Shown here piece by piece: positions 18,404 to 26,108 of a stretch of 32,000 nt of DNA (the stretch's first letter is position 1; each line of letters opens with the position of its first letter). The stretch lies in contig NC_010546.1 of the NCBI RefSeq assembly GCF_000017845.1, forward strand, positions 1,620,001-1,652,000, read 5' to 3'. Source of the stretch: Crocosphaera subtropica ATCC 51142. GTDB lineage: Bacteria > Cyanobacteriota > Cyanobacteriia > Cyanobacteriales > Microcystaceae. The notes beneath the pieces are model-generated. The model made no database searches. It had not been told where the DNA came from and was given only the letters and a program-made list of their open reading frames with translations. A program made the translations under genes and the position numbers.

Positions 18404-18529
18404 GAACCTGAGTTCGACGGAAGAGAATCTATGGAAAACTGACAACCAACCAGAAGTCTCAAACCCTGCTTTCCCCGTTAAAAAAATTCTAACTCCGACC
18501 TCCGAACTCCTAACCCCGAACTCAAGTTC
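18404..18529. mobile_element. MITE-like family 2, copy 1 (126 bp)
   Basis: A 13-bp TIR with 1 mismatch: gaacctgagttcg at 18404-18416 and cgaactcaagttc at 18517-18529. The interior (gacggaagagaatctatggaaaactgacaaccaac...aaaaaaattctaactccgacctccgaa) recurs at 20001-20098. I saw no clear target duplication. Confidence 0.6.
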
Positions 18530-18651
18530 TATGAGGATCATGATTTCTATGTCCGTTAACTGTTAAACAAGGTTTGCAAAATCCGGGTTACTCATGGATG
18601 AGCCTTAAAATAAAGGTGTTGATTGTTGACCATTCACTCAAAATAAAGCTC

Positions 18652-19833
18652 ATGACACAACCTTCGATCTATCATGCTTTGGGGCTACATATGCACCAAC
18701 CCCCTGGAAACCTTAAGCTTTTGATCGATCAGCACGAGTCAGAAGCAGAGCTTATTATTCGTTGTTACGAGAGAGTGGCTCGATATGCTCACTCCTTTCA
18801 AGATGTTGCTAATATTCACGTCGGTTTTTCAGGCATTCTCCTGGAACAGTTTCTTGATCCTGAAATAATTGACCGTTATGGTAAATTTATCGATATTCCG
18901 GCCATGTTGGATAGTTATCGCACTGCCAACAATATTGAATTAATTGGGATGGGATATTATCATCCTGTTTTTCCTTTGATTCCTCAAGAAGATTGGAAAG
19001 AGCATCTAATTCGTGGTCGTCAAATCATTGAACAGGTATTTGGTCGTTCTCCCAAAGGGTTTTGGCCGCCCGAAATGGCCTTTTGCATGGAAATGATTCC
19101 TGCGATCGCTGCTGCGGGCTATGAATATGTTGTTGTTGACGGCGTTCATGTGCAACCTGACAACGGACCAGGAGACATTTATCAGCCTTATCAAGCGACT
19201 TACGAGGGAACAACGATCACCATTATTCCTAGGGAACGAGATATTTCTAATGCCCAAGAAAGTGGCATGGATGCTATCTGGTTTTCTCAAGAAGTACAGC
19301 ATAAAGTCAAAAATTCTCTTAACCCAGAACAACCACGCTTAGTTACCACTTGGTCTGATGGAGAAAATGGGGGATGGTTTCGTCAAATGTCCGAAGAATC
19401 TGCTTTTTTTGGCCATTTTTTCAGCCCATTCATGAACCAGATCAAAAGTGGAGCCATCCCTATTCAATCTGTTTCTCTTTCTGCGTATATTAAACAACAT
19501 CCCCCCACCGAGTCGGCTTTTGTTCGCACTGGGGCCTGGAATGTTGGAACCACATCCGGTTTTGATTTTAGTCAATGGGCCGGGTCTGAGCAACAAAAAG
19601 AAGGAGCTAAAACTATTCATCAAGTCAGTGAACGTTATTGGCAGTTATGGGAGTCTAAGGAACAGTTACCCGAAGGCGGTCAAAAAACTCTCGAAGAGGC
19701 TAGAGAACTGATTTTAGAAGGGGAAACCAGTTGTTTTCTTTTTTGGGGAGATGAGTGGGTTCCCAAACTGTATGAAAGAACGGAACCAGCCTTGACACTT
19801 TTGAATCAATTAGAAGGGCCACTCAATTCGTGA
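18652..19833 (+). CDS. Glycoside hydrolase family 57 protein, short form
   Basis: The start is placed at ATG 18652 (MTQPSIYHALGLHMHQPPGN); the track's TTG at 18574 adds an unlikely 26 aa. GH57 conserved regions are recognisable: HQP (18694-18702), IELIGMGYYH, FWPPEMAF (candidate nucleophile Glu codon 19072-19074), TWSDGENGGW (candidate acid/base Asp codon 19357-19359) and a late ETSCFLFWG. Confidence 0.8.
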   Translation: MTQPSIYHALGLHMHQPPGNLKLLIDQHESEAELIIRCYERVARYAHSFQDVANIHVGFSGILLEQFLDPEIIDRYGKFIDIPAMLDSYRTANNIELIGMGYYHPVFPLIPQEDWKEHLIRGRQIIEQVFGRSPKGFWPPEMAFCMEMIPAIAAAGYEYVVVDGVHVQPDNGPGDIYQPYQATYEGTTITIIPRERDISNAQESGMDAIWFSQEVQHKVKNSLNPEQPRLVTTWSDGENGGWFRQMSEESAFFGHFFSPFMNQIKSGAIPIQSVSLSAYIKQHPPTESAFVRTGAWNVGTTSGFDFSQWAGSEQQKEGAKTIHQVSERYWQLWESKEQLPEGGQKTLEEARELILEGETSCFLFWGDEWVPKLYERTEPALTLLNQLEGPLNS

Positions 19834-19865
19834 TACGACAGCAGTTGGCGACTTGATCAACCTGA

Positions 19866-19997
19866 TACCAATTCTCTTTATTAACAATAGAGATTATTAG
19901 TTGAGGTAAGCAGAGGGAGCAGGGGAAGCAGAGGGAGTAAGGGAGATAAAGCAAAAAGAATATTAATTAAGTCCCTAGTAACTTTTGAGAATTGGTA
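19866..19997. mobile_element. MITE family 1, copy B (132 bp) with TGA target-site duplication, nested in MITE family 2 copy 2
   Basis: Perfect 11-bp TIRs, taccaattctc and gagaattggta. TGA flanks it at 19863-19865 and 19998-20000. Relative to copy A it has an extra purine-rich block of roughly 18 bp. Confidence 0.8.
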
Positions 19998-20098
19998 TGA
20001 GTTCGACGGAAGAAAATCTATGGAAAACTGACAACCAACAAGAAGCCTCAAACCCTGATTCCCTCCTTAAAAAAATTCTAACTCCGACCTCCGAATTC
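19998..20098. mobile_element. MITE-like family 2, copy 2 (main part); its left tip is split off at 19858-19865 by the MITE-1 insertion, and its right end is truncated or diverged
   Basis: tgagttcgacggaagaaaatctatggaaaactgacaaccaacaagaagcctcaaaccctga...aaaaaaattctaactccgacctccgaattc aligns base for base, with scattered mismatches, to 18409-18509. Confidence 0.6.
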
Positions 20099-20102
20099 AC
20101 CT

Positions 20103-20151
20103 AAAAAAAGGGTTAGGCAAAGAAAAAACACCTAACCCTGATTGTTTTTTT
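20103..20151. terminator. Bidirectional rho-independent terminator between convergent GH57 and glgP
   Basis: A 9-bp perfect stem pairs agggttagg (20109-20117) with cctaaccct (20131-20139) across a 13-nt loop. An A run (20103-20108) gives a U tract on the minus strand directly after the stem. On the plus strand a T7 run (20145-20151) follows after a 5-nt spacer. Confidence 0.6.
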
Positions 20152-20202
20152 GAAGATCAAAATCATGGGCTGAAATCTAAAGTCCCAACCCTATCCTAAA
20201 AG

Positions 20203-22743
20203 CTAGTTATTAGCCCCATTAGGATTATATTCTTCAATTTTGATCTCTACAGGCTCAACATTCCAGATTTGTTCGCAATATTCAGCAATGGTACGATCAG
20301 AAGAGAATTTACCCATTCTTGCAGCATTTAATATGGCCATTCTCGTCCAGTTGTCTTGATCGAGATAAGCCTGACTAACCGCATCTTGACAGTCAACATA
20401 AGCTTGATAGTCAGCCATCAACATATAAGGATCATCATTCATTAACTGATCGACGATAGGCTGGAATAACTCACAGTTACCGTGACTAAAGTAACCGCTA
20501 GAAATGCGATCAATAACACCTTTCAAGTTACCGTTGTTGTGGTAGTAGTCACTGGGAGAATAACCCTGTGCCTTGCGATCGTAAACTTCTTGGGCAGTTA
20601 AACCAAACAAGAAGAAGTTCTCTGCGCCGGCTTCTTCGCGAATCTCGATATTTGCCCCATCTAACGTACCGATGGTTAACGCTCCATTCATGGCAAACTT
20701 CATATTACCGGTTCCAGAGGCTTCTTTACCCGCAGTGGAAATCTGTTCAGAGAGATCAGCCGCCGGATAAACCCGTTGACCCAAAGACACATTAAAGTTG
20801 GGCATAAAGACCACTTTTAAGCGTCCGCGAACATCGGGATCATTGTTAACCACATCAGCGACGGCGTTGACTAACTTAATAATTAATTTAGCCATGAAGT
20901 ATCCAGGGGCTGCTTTACCGCCGAATAGGAAGGTACGAGGGACATAATCACCGTTGGGATCATGTTTCATGCGGTTGTAGAGGTTAATGATTTCGAGAAC
21001 CATTAAATGCTGACGTTTGTATTCGTGAATGCGCTTGACCTGTATATCAAACATGGTGTTCGGGTCAATTTCGATGTTGCGATATTTCAACAGGTAAGCA
21101 GCTAAATCCCGTTTATTGGCCTGCTTAATTTCGTGCCATTGTTTGCGAAACTCAGCATCATCGACAAATTCCTCGAGTTTACGCATTTCGTCTAGGTTTT
21201 TTAACCAACCGTCGCCAATTTTTTCGGTGATTAATGAGGAGAGTCTGGGATTACTGAGTAAGATCCAGCGACGGGGAGTGACACCATTGGTTTTATTGTA
21301 GAATTTCTCTGGCCAGAGTCTAGCAAAGTATTTGAGGGTGTCTTGTTTGAGTAACTCGGTGTGTAAGGCCGCTACTCCATTAATCGCATGGGACCCTAGA
21401 CAAGCTAAGTTAGCCATACGGATTAATTTTTCGGATCGTTCTTCGATTAAGGAGATATTGCTGACTAACTCATCATCGTTGGGGAACCAGGTCCGAACAT
21501 TCTCTAAGAAGCGATAATTGAGTTCGTAGATGATTTCGAGGTGTCTGGGTAGTAATTCACCAAAAATAGTCACGGGCCAGCGTTCTAGGGCTTCTGGCAT
21601 TAAAGTATGGTTGGTATAAGCTAGGGTTTTGGTGGTGATTTCCCAGGCTTTATCCCAGGTATAGTCGTGTTTATCCACTAAGAGACGCATTAACTCCGCT
21701 ACGGCGACAGCCGGGTGGGTGTCGTTGAGTTGTACGGCAACTTTTTCAGGGAATTGATCTAAGTTGTCGTGGTTACGCAAGTGAATACGAATGAGGTCTT
21801 GCAGAGAAGCAGAAACAAAGAAATATTGTTGTTCTAGGCGTAATTTCCGTCCGGCTGGGGTGTTATCGTTGGGATACAGCACTTTGGAAATGGTTTCTGC
21901 CCCCATCTTTTCTTCTACGGCGCGATCGTAATGACCGGCGTTGAAGGCTTCAAAGTTAAAGGACTCACTGGCCTCTGCTTTCCACAGTCTTAAGGGGTTA
22001 ACGACGTTGGTTTTATAGCCCGGAACCGGGGTATCGTAGGGAATGGCTAAGATGGTGCGATCAGCTACCCAGAAGCTTTTGAGGTTACCATTGTCATCGT
22101 GGGTTTTCTCGGTGTGTCCCCCTAATTTGATTTCGACGGCTTCGTTGGGACGAGAGATTTCCCAGGGGTTCTCAAACCGTAACCAGTTGTCAGGAATTTC
22201 CACTTGCCAACCGTCTTGGATGGTTTGATGGAAAATACCAAACTCGTAGCGGATACCATAACCAATGGCCGGCATAGATAAGGAAGCTAAGGAGTCGAGA
22301 AAACAAGCAGCTAAACGACCTAATCCTCCGTTTCCGAGTCCTGGATCGGGTTCTTGTTCGATAATATCATCCATGTCTAGATCCATCTCTTCGATGATCT
22401 CTTTCATGGTGTTATATAATCCCAGGTTGACCATATTATTCCCCAACTGACGACCCATAAGGAATTCAGCCGAGAAATAAGAGACGATTTTAACTTCTTC
22501 TTTTTTGTATGTCTCGATGGTTTTTAAGAAGCGATGTAACAGGCGATCGCGGACTGTGTAAGATAGAGCAACATAATAATCTCGTAGGGATGCTTTAGAC
22601 CGATCAACCCCTTGAATGTAAAAAAGATGATCGAGAAATGCCCGTTTTAGGGTTTCTTTACTCATTCCTGTGCGATCATCTTCAATCTGAATGTTGGGGT
22701 TGTTGACGTTAGTGTTTTTGACTTTGGGACTTAATGTACTCAT
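20203..22743 (-). CDS. glgP: Glycogen/maltodextrin phosphorylase
   Basis: 846 aa. It has the PLP-lysine signature EASGTGNMKFAMNGALTIGTLDGANIEI, plus the GLGNGGLGRLAACFLDS and YTNHT.MPEALE motifs. Confidence 0.95.
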   Translation of the reverse strand: MSTLSPKVKNTNVNNPNIQIEDDRTGMSKETLKRAFLDHLFYIQGVDRSKASLRDYYVALSYTVRDRLLHRFLKTIETYKKEEVKIVSYFSAEFLMGRQLGNNMVNLGLYNTMKEIIEEMDLDMDDIIEQEPDPGLGNGGLGRLAACFLDSLASLSMPAIGYGIRYEFGIFHQTIQDGWQVEIPDNWLRFENPWEISRPNEAVEIKLGGHTEKTHDDNGNLKSFWVADRTILAIPYDTPVPGYKTNVVNPLRLWKAEASESFNFEAFNAGHYDRAVEEKMGAETISKVLYPNDNTPAGRKLRLEQQYFFVSASLQDLIRIHLRNHDNLDQFPEKVAVQLNDTHPAVAVAELMRLLVDKHDYTWDKAWEITTKTLAYTNHTLMPEALERWPVTIFGELLPRHLEIIYELNYRFLENVRTWFPNDDELVSNISLIEERSEKLIRMANLACLGSHAINGVAALHTELLKQDTLKYFARLWPEKFYNKTNGVTPRRWILLSNPRLSSLITEKIGDGWLKNLDEMRKLEEFVDDAEFRKQWHEIKQANKRDLAAYLLKYRNIEIDPNTMFDIQVKRIHEYKRQHLMVLEIINLYNRMKHDPNGDYVPRTFLFGGKAAPGYFMAKLIIKLVNAVADVVNNDPDVRGRLKVVFMPNFNVSLGQRVYPAADLSEQISTAGKEASGTGNMKFAMNGALTIGTLDGANIEIREEAGAENFFLFGLTAQEVYDRKAQGYSPSDYYHNNGNLKGVIDRISSGYFSHGNCELFQPIVDQLMNDDPYMLMADYQAYVDCQDAVSQAYLDQDNWTRMAILNAARMGKFSSDRTIAEYCEQIWNVEPVEIKIEEYNPNGANN

Positions 22744-23433
22744 AAATTAATCCTGAGTGGGCTATGCAAACTTTTCTATAGATTTCAACAGCAACTATGC
22801 CACCGTCAGCAAAACGAAAAGTCCAAGGAAAAAACTAAAAGTTCACTTCATCTTAGGCTTTAACTTTTATGAATTTCCTTACCTTTAATGTGTCGTGCTA
22901 TATAGGCCAGCATATACTATTTTGCAGCGTAATTAGAGTCCTTTAGTTACGCTTTCTTGACAATTGGTTTACCTTTTTTCTTGATATAGCTTCAGTCCTA
23001 TTTTAAACTATTAACTCTCTTTAACGGTATTTTCTTTAGGTTTATTTAAGGTAATCTGCTACTCAAGTCAAGTTATTTCTTTATTAACTCTAAAAATTTA
23101 TTATATTCAAACTAGATTAAGATTGTTATGAGGACAATTAACCATATCTTTAGCTTGATTAATAATTTCAGCCGCTTCTTTTTAATGAAATGATAATGTA
23201 CAGGAAATCAAGAAGTATAGACTACTTTTCTCTCAATTTTAATAACAGCCATGACATACTTTATGAGGGTCAGGATTCTCTGGTTTGCTACAATCAGAAT
23301 TAAGACAATAAAACTATAGTTGTTAATTTTTAAAATGCCAAAATAGTTTACTTTTTCAACATTATAGATAACAATTTCCACTAACTGAATCAATTAACTC
23401 AATTCTAAATTCTACATTGTAAATTCCAAATTA

Positions 23434-24111
23434 ATGAAAATACTTCTTGTTGACGACGAAGCAGAATTAACCGAACCCCTTTATCATATCTTGTCCCATG
23501 AAGGATATGAAGTAGATGTAGCTGATGATGGACAAAAAGGCTATGAATTAGCTTTACAAAATACCTACGATCTATTAATTTTGGATTGGATGTTGCCTCG
23601 TAAACCAGGGCTGTCGATTTGCCAAGAACTGCGATCGCAAGGTAAAAATGCTCCAGTCTTGTTTCTCACCGCTAAAGACACCCTCGATGATCGGGTCATA
23701 GGGTTAGATGCAGGGGCTGATGACTACTTAGTTAAGCCTTTTGAGTTAAGGGAATTAATGGCAAGGGTTCGAGCTTTATTGCGTCGTTCTGCTGCGAGTG
23801 TAGAGACTAATGGCATCAATCGCTTAAAAGTAGCCGATTTAGAGCTAGATTCAGACAACCAGGTGGCTTACCGTCAAGGAAGAATGGTCAATCTATCAGA
23901 TAAAGAGGTAAAATTGTTGGCTTATTTTATGGAACATCCCCATCAATTATTAACCCATGACCAAATTTACCAGTCTTTGTGGGAAGAACCTGAAAAACCC
24001 AGTAGTAACGTCTTAGCTGCCTTAATTCGCCTACTAAGGCGCAAAATAGAAGAAGAAGGACCCTTAATTCATACCGTCTATGGTAAGGGATATCGGTTTG
24101 GGGACTTATGA
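23434..24111 (+). CDS. OmpR-family two-component response regulator; no histidine kinase gene in this window
   Basis: 225 aa. The receiver has the DD pair (LLVDDE), a phospho-acceptor Asp in LLILDWMLP, Thr in LFLTAKD and Lys in LVKPF. The winged-helix output ends in VYGKGYRF. Confidence 0.9.
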   Translation: MKILLVDDEAELTEPLYHILSHEGYEVDVADDGQKGYELALQNTYDLLILDWMLPRKPGLSICQELRSQGKNAPVLFLTAKDTLDDRVIGLDAGADDYLVKPFELRELMARVRALLRRSAASVETNGINRLKVADLELDSDNQVAYRQGRMVNLSDKEVKLLAYFMEHPHQLLTHDQIYQSLWEEPEKPSSNVLAALIRLLRRKIEEEGPLIHTVYGKGYRFGDL

Positions 24112-24124
24112 GTAAGTAACCTGA

Positions 24125-24213
24125 TACCAATTCTCTTTATTGACAATATAGATTATGAGTTGAGGTAAGCAGAGGGAGCAGGGGAGATAAAGGAAAAAGA
24201 ATATTAATTAAGT
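24125..24213. mobile_element. MITE family 1, copy C, 3'-truncated (right TIR missing)
   Basis: taccaattctctttattgacaatatagattatgagttgaggtaagcagagggagcaggggagataaaggaaaaagaatattaattaagt aligns with copies A and B up to 24213. It is preceded by aacctga, the same left flank as copy B. Confidence 0.7.
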
Positions 24214-24248
24214 AAGACCAAAAAAATCCTACTTTTGCCTTTTGCCTA

Positions 24249-25682
24249 TCACTGTTGAGTGCTTAAAGATGTGGTTTCTTTAACCTGGACTGAAGCGTCA
24301 GGAAAATAATTTTGCCAATCTTGACCTAAAACAATAGTAATATCAGAAGCTAAATTCCCTGTGCTTTCAACTAACACCTCCCCCACTCCTAAATCAGCCC
24401 GTAAGGTGGCTGCTCCGAGATCATCTCCACTTTGCGCTAAAATGCGAGTTGTTTCTAGGGTTTGAGGCCAATCATCGTCGACAAAAATGCGACGATAACC
24501 AGCTTGGCGTAAATAATTGACCATCCGCTGCACTGCTTCAGGATCTCCTGTACTATCTTGAATGGCAATTCGTAGGTTAGTGGAGTTGGTTGGTTCCATG
24601 TCAAAACTGGGTTGACCATGATCAAAATACTCGGCTACCATATTTTGGATTTGATAACGGTTAGGTAGCCAATAACTCACTTCGTGTTTACCATCCCCAC
24701 TAAAACGGCCAGGTAGCATTAACAGTTGAACATTGGAGCGTTTTGTTTGAGAGGCAAACCCTGATAAGGCTAGTAATTCTTCAACGGTTAAATTGGTATC
24801 GATATAAGAACTGATAATAGATAAAATTTCAGGTATTCTCAATAACGTTTGAGGCTTGAGGGCCTGTTCTACTAAAGCCCGCATAAACATTTGTTGCCGT
24901 TGTACTCGTCCAATATCCCCATAACGATCGTAACGAAATCGCAAAAAGGAAACCGCTTGTTCTCCATCTAAATGTTGTTCTCCTTCTTTGAGATCGATAT
25001 AAAGATGTTGACTATGATCGGTATATTTCATATCTTTGGGAACATAAACATTGACTCCACCCAAAGCATCGATAACTTTTTCAACCCCTTGAATATTGAC
25101 CCGTACATAACGGTCAACAGGGACTCCCCCTAATAATTCGCTCACGGTTTCGGCCGCTAAAGACGGACCGCCATAGTAGTTAGCTTCGTTAATTTTCTTG
25201 AGTTCATAATTAATGGTGGTTTGGGTATCTCTCGGAATCGATAAAAGACTAAGTTTGTTACTGAGGGGATCAAACCTGACCAACACCATAGTATCGGACA
25301 AACCCTTAAACGAATTAACTAAAGCGTGATATCCCAATTCTTCGGTGGGTTTTTCATCTATTTCAGAGGTTAAAACCTTAGTTCCTAACACCAGGACATT
25401 GACAGGACGACTTAACTCAGGAAGCCGTAAGTTTTTGTAAGAAATGGCCTCATCCTTACTAAAGACTTCTTCTTGTTCAGGGGTCAAAGAACTTTGCTGT
25501 AAAGGAGTCGTGGACAAAGAAACAGCGATAAAAGCCCCTGCTGCAGCCGATGTTAGGGACACAGCCGTCAGTCCTAAACTAATCAGCAACCAACTTAGGC
25601 CCTTGGGCTTTTTTTTCACAGAAGCGTTCTGTTGAGAACGATTTTTGGGATAGGTTTTTTTAACTGACACAGTTTTCCTCAC
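24249..25682 (-). CDS. LytR-CpsA-Psr (LCP) family cell-envelope protein with C-terminal LytR_C-like domain
   Basis: 477 aa with an N-terminal membrane anchor (LSWLLISLGLTAVSLTSAAAGAFIAV). The LCP core is VLVLGT...SDTMVLVRFDP..NKLSLLSIPRDT. The C-terminal part is LRIAIQDSTGDPEAVQRMVNYLRQAGYRRI. Confidence 0.85.
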   Translation of the reverse strand: MRKTVSVKKTYPKNRSQQNASVKKKPKGLSWLLISLGLTAVSLTSAAAGAFIAVSLSTTPLQQSSLTPEQEEVFSKDEAISYKNLRLPELSRPVNVLVLGTKVLTSEIDEKPTEELGYHALVNSFKGLSDTMVLVRFDPLSNKLSLLSIPRDTQTTINYELKKINEANYYGGPSLAAETVSELLGGVPVDRYVRVNIQGVEKVIDALGGVNVYVPKDMKYTDHSQHLYIDLKEGEQHLDGEQAVSFLRFRYDRYGDIGRVQRQQMFMRALVEQALKPQTLLRIPEILSIISSYIDTNLTVEELLALSGFASQTKRSNVQLLMLPGRFSGDGKHEVSYWLPNRYQIQNMVAEYFDHGQPSFDMEPTNSTNLRIAIQDSTGDPEAVQRMVNYLRQAGYRRIFVDDDWPQTLETTRILAQSGDDLGAATLRADLGVGEVLVESTGNLASDITIVLGQDWQNYFPDASVQVKETTSLSTQQ

Positions 25683-26108
25683 ACCTTAGATGTCGTCCAA
25701 ACTGGGTTAAATTGTACCAATAGGCAACTTTTAACCCTTACTACGACTATAACTTTTTTGTTTAGGACTATGACTCTACTGAGCCAATTATCTTATCATA
25801 GAGTTAGCGTGAACTACTCATTACACCAACGCATACGAGCTTCCTAGCCAATCAGCAGCTTTCTATCCCAAAGAATAGGAAGACTTACACCAAGGCGATA
25901 GGCTTAGCCCCACGGCAGGTAATCAAACGTTTTTTGATGTATATAGCTTGGTTATCGCTATTTACTGTCCGTGTAAAACTACAGTTGAATATAACACAGT
26001 GTTGCCTATACTTTCATTAGATACCTTAAAAGGAGTATTTCAAGCTTTAGTCTAAAATTTTTCCCTTTAACTTCAATTGACTTCTTACCATTGATAACTG
26101 ATTACGAT

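Noticed and set aside
18410-18420. GAGTTCGACGG (contains GTTCGA) as a possible tRNA T-arm, together with a general scan of intergenic regions for tRNA, rRNA or tmRNA
   Set aside because: There is no complementary stem, no acceptor or anticodon arms, and the motif is the terminus of a dispersed repeat. No intergenic region showed a GGTTCRAnYC T-loop in a tRNA-like context.
1854-22450. Other short ORFs nested inside or antisense to large genes. Examples: 1854-2054, 5769-6059, 7604-8101, 9521-9826, 11760-12221, 12691-12927, 13823-14062, 19006-19711, 20568-22450, 23927-24130, 25444-25635, 26134-26376, 28264-28458, 31240-31470
   Set aside because: Each overlaps a gene with strong family signatures on another frame or strand, and none shows a motif I recognise. 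I treat them as frame shadows.
22957-22990. Perfect TTGACA hexamer as a -35 box in the long spacer
   Set aside because: No acceptable TATAAT-like hexamer lies 16-19 bp downstream; the best candidates are TTGATA and GATATA. The orientation relative to the two flanking genes is also ambiguous.
23208-23393. 61-aa minus-strand ORF in the glgP / response-regulator spacer
   Set aside because: The Ile/Asn/Lys/Tyr-rich product is what any open frame in very AT-rich DNA gives. I saw no Shine-Dalgarno sequence. It is more likely non-coding promoter or leader DNA.
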